Assembly (NCBI GenBank): GCA_002633005.1
Contig: NMRA01000317.1
Location: 361,366 to 425,365 of the forward strand
Length of the DNA stretch: 64,000 bases
Direction of reading: 5' to 3'
Source: Phoronis australis
Taxonomy: Eukaryota; Animalia; Phoronida
The translations under genes and the position numbers were made by a program. The notes under the pieces are model-generated. The model saw nothing but the letters and a program-made list of their open reading frames with translations, was not told where the DNA came from and did not search any database. This document shows, piece after piece, positions 41,201 through 51,255 of the stretch (the first letter of the stretch is position 1; each line of letters starts with the position of its first letter).

Positions 41201-44200
41201 CATAATCACGACGGTAAGAAGTGTCCGTTAGAGTCATTTCTTGAAAGAGGAAAATCGGAGATTCTAAAATTTAGTCTCTTGGAATCTGATATTGTTACTG
41301 TGACGTGACCAAAGTTTTAAGTCAAATTCCATCTTTAAAAGGCATATGCATGACAAAAGGATTCAAAGACTGACATCACTGAAACGTTTAAACGGAAGAT
41401 TCTGTAGCTTGAGTTGTTAACTACTTTGGCATTAAGTCAAGATCGGATGACCGTGGTACTTATTTTTTCACATGCCAAAGAGCTTTGGTTAAGAATTCAA
41501 CAATGACAGCTAAACATTGGCAAAATGCCCCTGATTGTAACACAACATAACTGAATGAGAAACTTCTGTTCGGTTTTAGAATCAAGCAGTGAAATATTCA
41601 TATTTCAAAAACGTTTTTAACTAAAATTCACGATGCGTTCACCCTACCAATTGCACTCAATGAACTCCACAATAAACAATGTCATTTATAAAACCAGCGT
41701 AATAGATATCAGGGTTACCATAGAATCATAAGCACGGGCATCGCATCTAACAAACGAACCATCCGCTAACCTATGAATCATGCATACGAACCCAAAAATC
41801 ATGCATACCAACAAAAATCCTGCGCGTTAACCCCAAAAATCCTACATACGGGCATCCAATCATATGCAAGGACACTTCACTGTTGGGCAAGCCAGTTGGT
41901 TCTTGCCTACGATTCGGATCTTCGTGCCTATGATTTATGTTTGTAAGCGTGATTTTTTGTGGTTCGTGTGCTTCACTTGTTTGTATGTAAAATTCATGGG
42001 TTGGTATGCATGATTCATAGATTCGTAGGTGGTTCGTGCACTACGATGCGATGCTGGTGCGTATGATTCTATGGTATCCCTGGATATTATGGTTTATCTG
42101 AAACTCAAATTCAAAAAAATGCTACGGCACCAAGCATAATTAATTCTAGCTAACGAGGTTCTTGATTTTTAGCCTACAGGTAGATTCATGCTTTTCCAAC
42201 ACAGATAGTGAATGGATTACTTCGTTAAAGTCAGTGCAAATGCCGCCTATCACTAATTCATGACAAACAACACATAAGACAGGACTGCGTCCCTAGTGAC
42301 TAAAATGACGATGAAATATTAAAAAGTTACTAAATGTCATGTTATCTTAATAAGGTTTCATGTGGTTTTAGCTCAGACAGCTAGCAGAGACCAGGAAATC
42401 CCAGCACACCTTTCAAGGATCATTAGACCTTTTGTGACCAGTACTATTAAACTGAAACCGCTATGCCCGCGTGACTCCCCATTAAACTTTTACACTCCAA
42501 TAATTTTTGTATTGCACAGATTAAAGCACTGCATCGTTCATTATTCATACCCAGGCCTCATTTAGTCATAGATAAGCACCAAAAACAATCAGGTTTCCCC
42601 GAGATTCTGTTCAAAGATCCTTCTTGTTTCGCTTTCAGTGTTTAGCCGAAACTGAATTTTCTGTCAGACTCTTATGATTAATCCAACGTGAATACATGAA
42701 GACATGTTGACTATACGAAAATGTTACCTTGAATGAAGCTTTCATAAGTAGTAGGAAAGTAGACGAGAGTATAATCCAGACAGTTTCCTTGCTATCTTAC
42801 CGTATTTTTCTTTGAAAAAGAATCGCAAGATTCACCTAAATATTTCAACATACACTCGGTGCAAAATTGTGCGTCATTGTGAGCGAGTGTAATGATTTCT
42901 GGCTGGAAAGACATTGAAAAGCATCTCAAGAAGGTAGGTCTACTGGACTTGAGAGTAAATAGGGCGTAGACTGCTGGAGGAAATCAGTGGTCAGTGGCAA
43001 TTTAGTAAGCCATGCAGATGATTTATTTTTCCAAATGGCCATCAGTTATTAATAGTATACTTACTCTTAATCCCAATATCTTTAAAATTGGTTCATTATC
43101 ATTACATGTGGGTTAACCTCGGCTATATTTGGTAATTAAGTTTAGACTTTAGCATCAATTACAATAGAACCATTTACCTCATAAATTATGTCGCCTCCAA
43201 ACGAATAATTTAATAAGCTCATGATTGAAAAAGCAGTTACTAAAGCTTATTTTCTTTCGACAAACTGTTAGTTGAAATAAAGAAATATGCAAATTAAACT
43301 TAGCGAAATGGACTTAGTCTTCCTAGGCATTATACCACAAATTTCAACATTCGGTTGATACTGAGAACAGATCAATTTTGTCCAAATTTATTTTATCAGC
43401 TCCAAATAACGTTAAATCTGCGTTTCTCTGCGATCAAATAGATATAAGCAAAAAAGGTCTACATCTGCTAAGAACAAAGGAAAACAGAGTATTCATGTCA
43501 TTGTCCCATCACTGAACAGCCATTCAGAGCCAAACTTTGCCCATACTCCACCCAAAGTTTGATAAATACTTCTAGTCGACAAATGCAAGAGCTAATTAAA
43601 GTTTCAATTTACTTTCTTTCTTATCAAGCCATCATTTTGCATACACTTAGGAGGATTTAATATGCTTGAGAGACCACTCAAATCTGAACAGATTATTTCT
43701 TTGTCTCTGACCAGCTGACTATGCTACTTTAAGTAAGCACGCTCAGCTCATGTTTGCTGATTGTTTGCCGATTGAATACTACAAACATATCATGTAAACT
43801 TTGATGTGGACAGTTTTTGGTTTTTTGGGAAACACCGAGTTGGAAAATTGCAACATTAATCTGTTGATTATATTAACAAAAAAATATACATTTACCCAAA
43901 AGTTTGTTAAAAAAATACCAATTTCCAATGTTCGTAAACTTTATTAAGTTACACCCTGAAGAAAATACGATACTTGTTGACAAGTTCGTAAATGATGTAT
44001 ACTGTATTGTTTTATGTGACATGCAATTATCATGCTACAGCAAAAAAAGCATGCTTGAGATGTAATATATCGTTACATAGCCACTGATGGCTACGTTCCC
44101 CAACTAGTTTCAGCATAATACAACAACTTCTAATAAACTGTTTAAAGGGAGCGGACCATACCATAATAGAATAGAATATGCTAAGTTAATAACTGATGAA

Positions 44201-47200
44201 AAATCGCAGGCAAGAAGCGTCAGTGATCATGTGATAATGCTATACAGGTCACTCCCGCGTTTTGTGTTATATGGGCCTCAGGGGAGCAATGATGGTCTCC
44301 CTCGGTCGATACGGCCTGATATCACCCTCAGGATTGTCCCTTACTCGAAGTGTTGACTCACGCGCACTGCTCACTTAATTATACAGTGACATGGAGTTTA
44401 GTGATCAGGGGCCTTTTTCCTTCAGAATCACGAAAAATCAATTAAGACTCAATTTTCCGTGTTCCAAATTTCACAGGCTTCCCAATCTGCAGAATAATTA
44501 CCGTAGTACATCTCTTAACTTCACTTAGTATCCTACCTGTAGCACTGAACACGATGCCCGCTGGTCGGTCCTTCACCAACAAATCCAGAGGGGTCAAACC
44601 TTCATGGTCAGGAGGATGTAAGCTGGCTCCATTCTGAAAATGACATTTGTCCAGACAGTGTCCAGCGAATCGGAGTTATACAAATTTCCGTCAATTCAAT
44701 AAAGTCCTGAAATGCAGATTCAGGTTCAAGAGTAATTGATAGCGGATTTGAAGAAAACGCGCAAATATGAATTGCACACTTATTTATGTCTGGTGAATTA
44801 CTTTAGGCCCTTTCCCATACAGTTAACTTTGGTTCTACCGAAGCTTTGATGTTAACTGTGGTAACCGTTAAGCATCAGTGATCCCATCAGCTTCAGAGTT
44901 ATATTTCAGTGAAGTTATCACAAGGCGGCGCTAATATGACCCTTGGTCACATGGCATTTGCTGTTTTTGACAGTGCTTGCCATAAAAAATGGCAACGAAC
45001 TCTCCCTCTCCCAGATGGAAACTAGAACAACAATTTCACAAGGCAGCCAACGGTTGCCACGTTGGGACGATGACAATGTATTAGAAAATGACATAGTAAA
45101 AAAGTTGACTCTTGAACAGGCTAACAGCCAATCCAAACAATGGCGGTATGGCATGATGGGAATTTGTTTTGCGAACACTGCACGTTCAGTGATTTTTTTA
45201 ATGTAAAGAATACAACAGATACATAGATATATTGAAGAGAATGCTTATACCGCAATTATTATTAGAACAAAATATTAACAAATAGTAACCAGTCACTGCC
45301 CACTGTCGGCAAATGCAGGCAGCGACCCCTGCCGATAACTCCGATGTCATCGAAGTTAAGTGTTCCCATTGTAGCGAAGCGTCAACATTTCGCTGTTAAA
45401 TCCACCTCTTTACTTTGGGGTTAACTTACTTCAATTCAAGACTGGAGTTAAGTGTTCCCATTGACCTAAGCTTTGGCAACACTGAAACTTCAAAGGTAGT
45501 GGGAAAGGCCTTTTAGTCTGGAGGAAATTAGTTTACACTTCAGATTACTAGGAAGGTGAAAACTATTAGGGCACAGAAAAATTCAAAATCTACCCCATCT
45601 GGTCAAGTGGTCATTACCAAATCAATTTTATTCTGTAACAAATGCCATCCGCACATCATACACAAAACAACATTTAAAATATTTAGGTGAATAACAAGTT
45701 CTCAGAAAGTTGAAAGATTGAGAAAACACATTTGCAAAGGTTAACAAGTTGTTCTGCATCACATGATGACAACAGCTTAATGGATTAAAACACGGAAGGG
45801 TGCTTGCAGTATTAATGTCAATATACTTCTCTAAGTTCAGTGAATGTATTACAATTAAAAAGAAAATGGTATTCCCCCTAAACAACACAAGGACAGATAG
45901 AGACACACTGTGTCTGGTCAGTCAATAAAGTGTCTACCTACTTAGATTATAAGTTTGTGATTAGAACAGTGTGCATGGACATACTCCGTGCAAGGGTTTT
46001 TCTGCGGTTGAAGAAATTTTCTAAATCAAATTCAGTCTTGACTTGTTTACAAAAATACAGTTTAGAAGTATGTGCCATACATTACTGCCATCCTCGTCAA
46101 TAAGAATTTATTATGCAGTGTGTAAAAATAAATGTATTTTCACATACGACAGATTAATTCGACCAGCCTTTGCAATTTTCTTTTTTAAAATCAAATCAAT
46201 TTTATAATACCCACATAACGCATTAGACTTTTATATAAATTAGCTACAGACTGTGCAGGACCTTATAGAGACTTTTATATAAATTAGCTACAGACTGTGC
46301 AGGACCTTATAGAGACTTTTATATAAATTAGCTACAGACTGTGCAGGACCTTATAGAGACTTTTATATAAATTAGCTACAGACTATGCAGGACCTTATAG
46401 AGACTTTTATATAAATTAGCTACAGACTATGCAGGACCTTATAGAGACTTTTATATAAATTAGCTACAGACTGTGCAGGACCTTATAGACAAAATGTGTA
46501 TATAACAAAATATCAAAACTATAGCAGCGCTCCACGCGTAGATAAATGCCAAGTCGTATTTAGCGACCCGGCAAAAATTCTAGGTCGACAAACGAAATCT
46601 GAGGTCAGCAAAATTGAAAACGAAATCTGAGGTCAGCAAAATTGAAAACGAAATCTGAGGTCGGCAAAATTGAAAACGAAATCTGAGGTCGGCAAAATTG
46701 AAAACGAAATCTGAGGTCAGCAAAATTGAAAACGAAATCTGAGGTCAGCAAAATTGAAAACGAAATCTGAGGTCAGCAAAATTGAAAACGAAATCTGAGG
46801 TCAGCAAAATTGAAAACGAAATCATCGGCGCGGACTACTGAGGTTCCCACGACACAGTATTTTTTAATCTCTTTGTCACATAAATTTCACCCATTCAAGG
46901 CCCGGACAGCTAATTAATTTGTTCATCTTGCACCACGGAACACAGGTGTCCGCACAGGCCAGGTGGTAGCTTATAGGAATGCTTCTGGCTGAGTGGGATT
47001 TATTCCTTTTACTTTGAACTCACTAATGCTTATATTATACTATTTGGCACCACGGCAAGTTTTGTTTCTGAAGTTATGTCGCCACTAAATGGTATTCTGT
47101 CATTGTTTGCCGCCAGCTGCCCGTCCATGACGGAAGTCGCAGGAGACCACCAGTATCTTAGCTTCTGTCTAAATTTATTTTCAATATTTTCGCAAGTTCA

Positions 47201-50200
47201 ATCATCAGAATATTCTAACTGTATAGCAATTTTATTACTTTGTTGGTGTTTATACTGTTTGTTAACCCAGTAAAACACACTTAGCCTACTCCAACGGTGG
47301 CAGGCCTTGTCATTCAATCGTTGGTACAGGACTGTGACTAGTTTCTGAAACTATCTTTGTATGTATACAGCATTCATGATTTAAACCATTTATTCCGATA
47401 AAACAGTCGCGACGCCAGCCATCTACTTTGGCCAGTGCTGGTCTCTGTCTGCACTGGGTCAACGGCTGCAGGTCCAAGTCTGGCAAAATAATTTCTGTCA
47501 TTTTTTGCCTCATTTTGTCAACACTTTCGATACAAATTGTCTCTATTTTGTTTTTGTTAAGATCCACTGTCAATTATTTTATCCCAGTTTGCAGGCTGGT
47601 AACAGACACTGCTCCAGTAGTGCAACCGGCGTTCTTAAGCCTGGGCTCCTGAATGAATAACATTTCTGGTTTTGCAGTTATTTCAAAATGGAGTCAGAAT
47701 CATTAGTGGCATGTTTATTTAAACTTTCTTCCACTAAGGATTGTGCATTGGGATAGGTACTACTTGGTTCCTTATAACTTCTAACCAGTTAATAAGGGTT
47801 AAATACATGTGCTATTAGGACTTAAAGTAAATGTCTAGTCAATCAGCTAATAGTATCAGTCAATGTCAACATTACATAACTAACTCCCTCCTCTATGAAG
47901 TGTAACACAACAAAGAGTGCATTAAGTTCATTGTCTATGGCAACAATATTCCACCAGATCATGCTAAAAAGTAAAATTTCACTGTTTAGGATGCAACAGT
48001 GGCCGCATCTTTTTTCATGGAAGACACGTAGCACCAAATTGATGGTTTTCCATGTTCCAGTTCTGCACCATAACTATCATCAGACAATGTTTTGAGAAGC
48101 TGTGGGCATTCACAACAATGACTGAAGCCCTTGACAAATGGAAGAAGGCAATTTTGGCAATTATTTTTGTCCACAATTGGTGATATTTAATCGTACAGTG
48201 AAAGTCATTAATTGTATAATAACCATACACAAAATCAATACCTTCATATTTCAGATTTTCGAGGACTTTTCGCGGGTTTGTGTGAAAGTTGCACGAACTT
48301 TTCAAAACCATTTTTTAAAATATAACAGTGATTTTTCAAGACCTTGGTTGAAACTCGAGGACTTTTCAAGGTCAGTGCGAACCGTGAACAATGGCTGCTA
48401 AGGGAGCCATCTCGCTTGATGTATTATACATGTTTTGTATATCAACAAATAAAATAGTGTTTGACATTATGTGAAAACATACAAGACAAAAAATATTGAT
48501 GACAACACCCACATATTAACACCTGCAAAATGTCACGTCAGGTTTCTTCGGTAAAACGTTAAGGACACAATATGGCAAAGAGGTAGACTTTCATTTTGCC
48601 AAACGTCAACATAGAATGATTATTAAGAAAATCTTCCAACGTTGTTAGTGACGTTCATACGACAGCAGCTGTCACTAAGCAGCATAATACCAGCACTCGC
48701 AGCTATGTAGTAATTGAAAAATAAATTGAAAAACGGTAATTTTACCAATTATTTTTGTCCCAATTCAACAGCTTTTATTGTAATACATTGAAAAAATTCT
48801 GTGAATACAGATTCAATTTATTTAAATCAAATTATGCATTGGAAATGCAATTATACTAACATTAATGATTGACTATCTAGTGTCCATTCCACATTGTAGT
48901 TTGACCTTCGACCCCTATCATTAATAACAACCATCACTGACCTGCAGCAAGGCCACACCTGTGGCCAGCTGGCCATAGAAGAGGGCACGGTGCAGTGGAG
49001 TCCAGCCAGACTCGCTGTCCTGCGGGTTTACCGCACAACCCTCAGACAATAACCATTCCACAACTTCAAGCTTGCCACAAGAGGCCGCCACGTGAAGCAG
49101 AGTTCTGCCCTGCATACAAAGAAAGAAAATCTCTTCAATGGAGAATCTCAACAAACGCAGTAAGGCCACAATCCCCATAATTACTTCACAAGCGCAAAAC
49201 AAATATGGCCGAAATCCCCTGCAGGCATACAACAACAGATTATTTTCAGTGTGTTCCCAAAGATATTTCACTGATACTGTAACCAGCTATTGGACCCAGT
49301 TAGAAAAAGCACAACAGCATATCCACAATACCAAGCCCCAGAAGAACACAATCATTGATGAATTAACCAGCTATTGGACCCAGTTAGAAAAAGCACAACA
49401 GCATATCCACAATACCAAGCCCCAGAAGAACACAATCATGGATGAATTAACCCATTCACATAAACCGAGCTTCATTCATATGTTAGACCTACTTGATTAG
49501 ACAACGTAAATTTTTTTAGCGATCGGGTTCATGGGTATAAGAATACATGACTCTTGCCGGCAGTGTTAGGGTGAGGTCAAACCGGGGATCATGTTTTTAT
49601 AATCCATATGCGCTATTGCAACACTTGTGCACTTAAATCACACAGATCCTAGTAAAGGAAATATTTGCAAAATGCAAGGAAGGTGAATCTATTTCACATT
49701 CAGTTCAGCTAATTGTTTATTTTGAGGTATATTCCCGGACGTATATTCAGAATTTGTTAAATGCATGACACTTTTCATTGTTCACAGTCTGTATTCCATT
49801 GCGTTCATACTTTCGGAACAAAACTCTACTCTCAACTGAACATAGATACAGTAACTGACCTAGCAACATAAATAAAAGACACACGATATTTCACTTGAGA
49901 ATGAAACAAGTATGTTTCGAAATATCGTGTGTCTTTTAATTATATCGCTAGGTCAGTTACTGTATCTATGTTCAGTTGAGAGTAGAGTTTTGTTCCGAAA
50001 GTATGAACGCAACGGAATAAAGACTGTGAACAATGAAAAGTGTCGTGCATTTAACAAATTCTGTATAACCGAAAACTTGCTCCCGAAGTACAGTCGGAGG
50101 TATATTCCTGCAGGTATTTTAAGCCAGCTTCCTTGTTCGCTCTGCGAAAATCGTTATCTGCACTGTGCGTGTCCTCAGCTCTTTGATAAACTGTCTTCCG

Positions 50201-51223
50201 TCATTCTTTAGAAATGAATGTTTGTGGACAAAGATGGTGGGCAGTCGTAGTGTTTTTATTTTCCCACACTCTGATTGGCCGACGTTACAGCGGACATGTC
50301 ACAGCTATAACTAACTTAGTTCTAATATGACGTAGTACAGACTCAATTGTTCTTTGCAGAAGAGTATACCATGCTGAAAATGCTATGTTAAAGCTGTTAT
50401 GAAAGTGCCTTTGGCCCAAAAAGACTGGCAGTTGACTTAAATTAGTAAATATAGACATTCAGCAAGGAACCAAATGGAACCGAACTTGGTCCCAATTTTG
50501 TGAATTAAAGCCTGACCTTTGTTAGTTACAATGCTCAATGAAGCACATGAGAATGCGTGTGCTTTTCACTATGAAATAAATTCATTTGCGGAGTCCATTC
50601 ACAATATTTAGCAACAACTCTGGTATTTTCAACAATCGTAGCATCAAGAAATTACCTTTGATTTAAGAACAAGCTGAGTGCCTACTGACTGGGACAGTTG
50701 AACAACTAATTTGCAAATGACATGGGGTCAAGGATTTTGTCCCTCCATTTTTAAGCTTAAAATGCGCTTATCATAGCAGATTTATTATTTGGGACTGCGA
50801 ATACTTATGGAGAAAAGCTGTTTATTGAATGTTTAGTAAGGGGAAGATAGAACTATAAAATTTCTTTAAAAATTTTTTGTTGACAAAACTGTCAAGGCCA
50901 GCCAACATGTGTGTGGAATGCCGGCTGCAGTCTGTCAGCATGTGTGTGGAGTGCTGGCTGCAGTCAGTCAGCACCAAACTGCTTGTTCTTCTTGAACAAA
51001 ACAAAAATACCCCACTGGACTGAAATATTAACTCTGGGAACATGGCAAAACGTGGATGGTAAAATGTCAAATTCAGGGAGTCGCTTACCCAGTGGTCTTT
51101 TGCCAGGAGGTAGTTACTACAGCGCCTCACATACGTCTTGATCTGCCAATCACTGCCTCTGATCACTGCAGCTATCAGCTCCAGAGCGTGAAGCTTAGAT
51201 CGACATTTATCACCGCAGTCCAT
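5123..51223 (-). CDS. IBTK: Inhibitor of Bruton tyrosine kinase (ankyrin repeats + RCC1 repeats + two BTB domains + low-complexity C-terminus); 23 coding exons, 1274 aa
   Basis: Manual splice reconstruction: join of 51223-51089, 49109-48942, 44633-44537, 40973-40849, 40358-40248, 39125-39040, 37556-37472, 33638-33521, 31305-31134, 30168-30066, 27886-27697, 27523-27346, 26505-26400, 23898-23381, 22733-22613, 21909-21813, 21602-21383, 20041-19981, 19269-18776, 18205-18080, 17429-17259, 16534-16324, 5254-5123 = 3825 nt. All introns are GT-AG and phases are compatible. Motifs match recalled IBTK from MDCGDKCRS..HA through ESGWTPLHRALFYG, VYTWGDNSNFTLGHG, GLNGGQLG, HRAVSVTTD, PAHKFIL and VVADQLLIGRLREMCE to KPLHLIQIEERAIAELL. 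Confidence 0.95.
5347..5700 (+). repeat. Left arm of an inverted repeat pair with ~58-bp subterminal repeats (partner at 15540-15972)
   Basis: 5347-5486 is the diverged reverse complement of 15834-15972; GGGTAC/CATTTCAC/AGTGAC subrepeats continue inward. Confidence 0.85.
6134..6845 (+). mobile_element. Non-autonomous Helitron
   Basis: 5' A|TCTATCTATTATATAAAA; 3' hairpin CCGTGC-AAAA-GCATGG (6819-6834) then CTAG|T; inserted between A and T with no TSD. Confidence 0.7.
7640..9399. mobile_element. Probable non-autonomous DNA transposon ending in TTAA, with a nested palindromic element (~8755-9150)
   Basis: Right end GTGTATCCACCTACC|TTAA; nested inverted motifs CTGACACGGAGCAAATT (~8827) and AATTTGCTCCGTGTCAG (~9124); left end not resolved. 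Confidence 0.4.
9410..10059. mobile_element. MITE with ~220-bp TIRs (GGTTATTGTTTACAATCC...) and an 8-bp TSD
   Basis: Long inverted arms; flanks GGCTGGAG / GGCTCGAG (7/8 match); GG termini suggest Merlin or MULE (inference). Confidence 0.85.
10150..11540 (-). pseudogene. Possible heavily decayed coding sequence with ankyrin-like motifs
   Basis: Fragments DVFGKTP*H (11507-11533), LLVTSGAD (10303-10326), GQRNTPL* (10177-10198) and a 109-aa ORF; many stops; short motifs only. Confidence 0.3.
12107..13260. mobile_element. MITE with TIR CAGGGCCCGGTCTCCAAT.TCCGTACTCAGACTC and many TACTC/GAGTA subrepeats
   Basis: Near-perfect 34-bp inverted termini; CAG/CTG outer triplets fit a CWG target (PIF/Harbinger-like, inference). 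Confidence 0.85.
15118..15147. repeat. (CAC)n microsatellite
   Basis: Read directly. Confidence 0.9.
15540..15972 (-). repeat. Right arm of the inverted repeat pair, with about five ~58-bp tandem subrepeats
   Basis: TTGGGTACAGTGAAATGGAAATGGGTATACCCAAACATG-type units followed by the reverse complement of 5347-5486. Confidence 0.85.
16324..16534 (-). CDS. IBTK: IBTK coding exon 22
   Basis: SWG...SPW...FSKILQLE...KPLHLIQ; tag/GTAAGT. Confidence 0.92.
17259..17429 (-). CDS. IBTK: IBTK coding exon 21
   Basis: WGK...SLKDVMASE; tag/GTAAGT. Confidence 0.85.
18080..18205 (-). CDS. IBTK: IBTK coding exon 20
   Basis: Open 126-nt phase 2-2 exon ending ...TCPW; ttttag/GTGAGT. Confidence 0.8.
18776..19269 (-). 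CDS. IBTK: IBTK coding exon 19 (basic and Ser-rich region)
   Basis: PAMCCRLITPY...KAKSKKKR...SLREIM; cag/GTAGAG. Confidence 0.9.
19981..20041 (-). CDS. IBTK: IBTK coding exon 18
   Basis: RSLDVLGKDALEELTQYYRQT; cag/GTAAGC. Confidence 0.9.
21010..21165 (+). mobile_element. tRNA-derived SINE
   Basis: Pol III A box TGGCCTGGTTG (21020), B box GGTTCAAGTCC (21063), then CCCTTGAGC, a SINE core-like motif; no intact cloverleaf. Confidence 0.7.
21383..21602 (-). CDS. IBTK: IBTK coding exon 17 (BTB2/BACK-like)
   Basis: LLVVADQLLIGRLREMCE...YNAEQLK..CQQF; cag/GTAAAA. Confidence 0.95.
21813..21909 (-). CDS. IBTK: IBTK coding exon 16 (BTB2)
   Basis: LSLPLPPAILKIVLDFLYS; cag/GTGAGT; not in the ORF track. 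Confidence 0.9.
22613..22733 (-). CDS. IBTK: IBTK coding exon 15 (BTB2)
   Basis: LYDVCLKAEDG..FQCHKCVLVARLEYFHSML; cag/GTAAGA. Confidence 0.95.
23381..23898 (-). CDS. IBTK: IBTK coding exon 14 (BTB1)
   Basis: VPAHKFILSGRSSYF...FLQLLQFIYTDTCDLL; tag/GTAAGT. Confidence 0.95.
24390..26021 (+). mobile_element. Helentron-associated (HINE/DINE-1-like) element with a central ~150-bp tandem array forming a ~450-bp trimer
   Basis: subTIRs ATGCGCCCAC (24414) / GTGGGCGCAT (26007); GACG/GACA microsatellite near 25950; terminal hairpin 25987-26016 followed by an A-run; internal repeats. Confidence 0.75.
26400..26505 (-). CDS. IBTK: IBTK coding exon 13 (start of BTB1)
   Basis: EVPSVS...LFQEADCTDLIHDVVLK; cag/GTTAGG. 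Confidence 0.93.
26538..26849. mobile_element. Fold-back element containing a tRNA-like segment, flanked by 14-bp direct repeats
   Basis: Inverted arms 26592-26665 and 26771-26842; A box TGGCTCATTGG (26710); B box GTTTGAGTCC (26756); ATTACGTTAAGTAT at 26524 and 26850. Confidence 0.7.
27346..27523 (-). CDS. IBTK: IBTK coding exon 12
   Basis: VHRAVSVTTDGSGFNYAILQSQPHT; cag/GTAAGA. Confidence 0.92.
27697..27886 (-). CDS. IBTK: IBTK coding exon 11
   Basis: MFLWS...CSW...MALNESGLVFSTKDGD; cag/GTTGGT. Confidence 0.9.
29290..29975 (-). mobile_element. Decayed hAT-like transposon 5' end with a BED-type zinc finger remnant
   Basis: Terminus TAAGGCTTGGAATTTTC with GCGGAAA subrepeats; frameshifted WIKE...GFALCKCCQRDSYGVRG..GDLK. 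Confidence 0.45.
30066..30168 (-). CDS. IBTK: IBTK coding exon 10
   Basis: WLDVSQVAVYGGKVDH...ILNTTGT; tag/GTGAGT. Confidence 0.9.
30984..31810 (+). repeat. Direct repeats on both sides of IBTK exon 9 (30984-31084; tandem ~157-bp units at 31538-31810)
   Basis: AAAAGCAACATGGTTGGAAACAGACAGGTTACATGACAGGACAATAGATGGAGACACTAG occurs three times with divergence. Confidence 0.85.
31134..31305 (-). CDS. IBTK: IBTK coding exon 9
   Basis: QPRLVSAFNHKD...EATVCITAKGDVYVL...CRKISSK; cag/GTGAGT. Confidence 0.94.
33521..33638 (-). CDS. IBTK: IBTK coding exon 8 (RCC1 repeat)
   Basis: LKGLPIEGVCVGHFHTVL...VYTFGLNGGQLG; cag/GTGAGT. Confidence 0.95.
36310..36570 (-). mobile_element. LINE (CR1/L2-group) ORF2 3'-end fragment
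   Basis: LSWETL...RL and FFVPQSIRGWSLLPD resemble the conserved L.W.TL / SFFPRTIR.WN.LP tail. Confidence 0.55.
37472..37556 (-). CDS. IBTK: IBTK coding exon 7 (RCC1 repeat)
   Basis: GQVFSCGLNQHHQLGLFPPP...PKQ; cag/GTAGTT. Confidence 0.93.
39040..39125 (-). CDS. IBTK: IBTK coding exon 6 (RCC1 repeat)
   Basis: SPRLITCLQHEVIRDVCAGRDHSVFLTE; cag/GTAAGT. Confidence 0.93.
40248..40358 (-). CDS. IBTK: IBTK coding exon 5 (RCC1 repeat)
   Basis: VVLQKYHSLYLTSSGQVYSCGHGRGGRLG; cag/GTAAGG. Confidence 0.95.
40849..40973 (-). CDS. IBTK: IBTK coding exon 4 (RCC1 repeat)
   Basis: DVYTWGDNSNFTLGHG...PE; cag/GTCAGC. Confidence 0.95.
41710..42082. mobile_element. MITE with TIR CAGGG(T/A)TACCATAGAATCATA and 5-bp TSD GATAT (hAT5-like)
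   Basis: Inverted arms of ~85 bp; GATAT at 41705-41709 and 42083-42087. Confidence 0.85.
44537..44633 (-). CDS. IBTK: IBTK coding exon 3 (ankyrin)
   Basis: NGASLHPPDHEGLTPLDLLVKDRP; ttttcag/GTAGGA; not in the ORF track. Confidence 0.93.
44805..45511. mobile_element. PIF/Harbinger-like MITE
   Basis: AGGCCCTTTCCCA ... TGGGAAAGGCCT termini flanked by TTT/TTT; internal GTTAAGTGTTCCCATTG repeats. Confidence 0.65.
46225..46488. repeat. Minisatellite, 6 x 44 bp
   Basis: AGACTTTTATATAAATTAGCTACAGACTGTGCAGGACCTTATAG; copies 4-5 share a G>A variant. Confidence 0.95.
46590..46823. repeat. Minisatellite, ~8.4 x 28 bp
   Basis: AAACGAAATCTGAGGTCAGCAAAATTGA head-to-tail with no spacers; copies 3-4 share an A>G variant. 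Confidence 0.95.
48942..49109 (-). CDS. IBTK: IBTK coding exon 2 (ankyrin repeats)
   Basis: GRTLLHVAASCG...DSESGWTPLHRALFYG; cag/GTCAGT boundaries. Confidence 0.95.
49281..49452. repeat. Tandem duplication, 2 x 84 bp
   Basis: Near-identical units starting at 49281 and 49365. Confidence 0.9.
49748..50063. mobile_element. Fold-back palindrome / MITE: 145-bp arms, 26-nt loop
   Basis: 49748-49892 is the near-perfect reverse complement of 49919-50063. Confidence 0.9.
51089..51223 (-). CDS. IBTK: IBTK coding exon 1 (MDCGDKCRSKLHALELIAAVIRGS...KDHW)
   Basis: ATG at 51223 with an in-frame TGA upstream; acceptor AG at 51259-51258; donor GTAAGC. Confidence 0.92.
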
Positions 51224-51243
51224 CACGGCGAAAGTGAATCAGA

Positions 51244-51255
51244 TCAGTGACCCAT
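51244..51255 (-). promoter_or_regulatory. Upstream ORF M-G-H-stop in the IBTK 5' leader
   Basis: ATG GGT CAC TGA begins at the third base of the exon and ends 20 nt before the main ATG. Confidence 0.7.

Noticed and set aside
44943-45206. 87-aa ORF with a signal-peptide-like start
   Set aside because: Starts at TTG and lies wholly inside a TIR-bounded MITE; no recognisable family
46590-46823. 28-bp repeats of CRISPR-like length
   Set aside because: Head-to-tail with no unique spacers, no cas genes, eukaryotic intron context
47000-47660. Short ORFs that might be a TE remnant
   Set aside because: No family motif could be recognised
49138-49500. 120-aa ORF with an internal repeat
   Set aside because: Explained by the 84-bp tandem duplication, antisense in an intron
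49912-50211. 99-aa ORF with a hydrophobic N-terminus
   Set aside because: Derived from the palindrome arm; no homology or splice support
50822-51088. ORF extension past IBTK exon 1 (VSDSLNL...)
   Set aside because: Intron read-through after a strong GTAAGC donor; includes a 33-bp duplication
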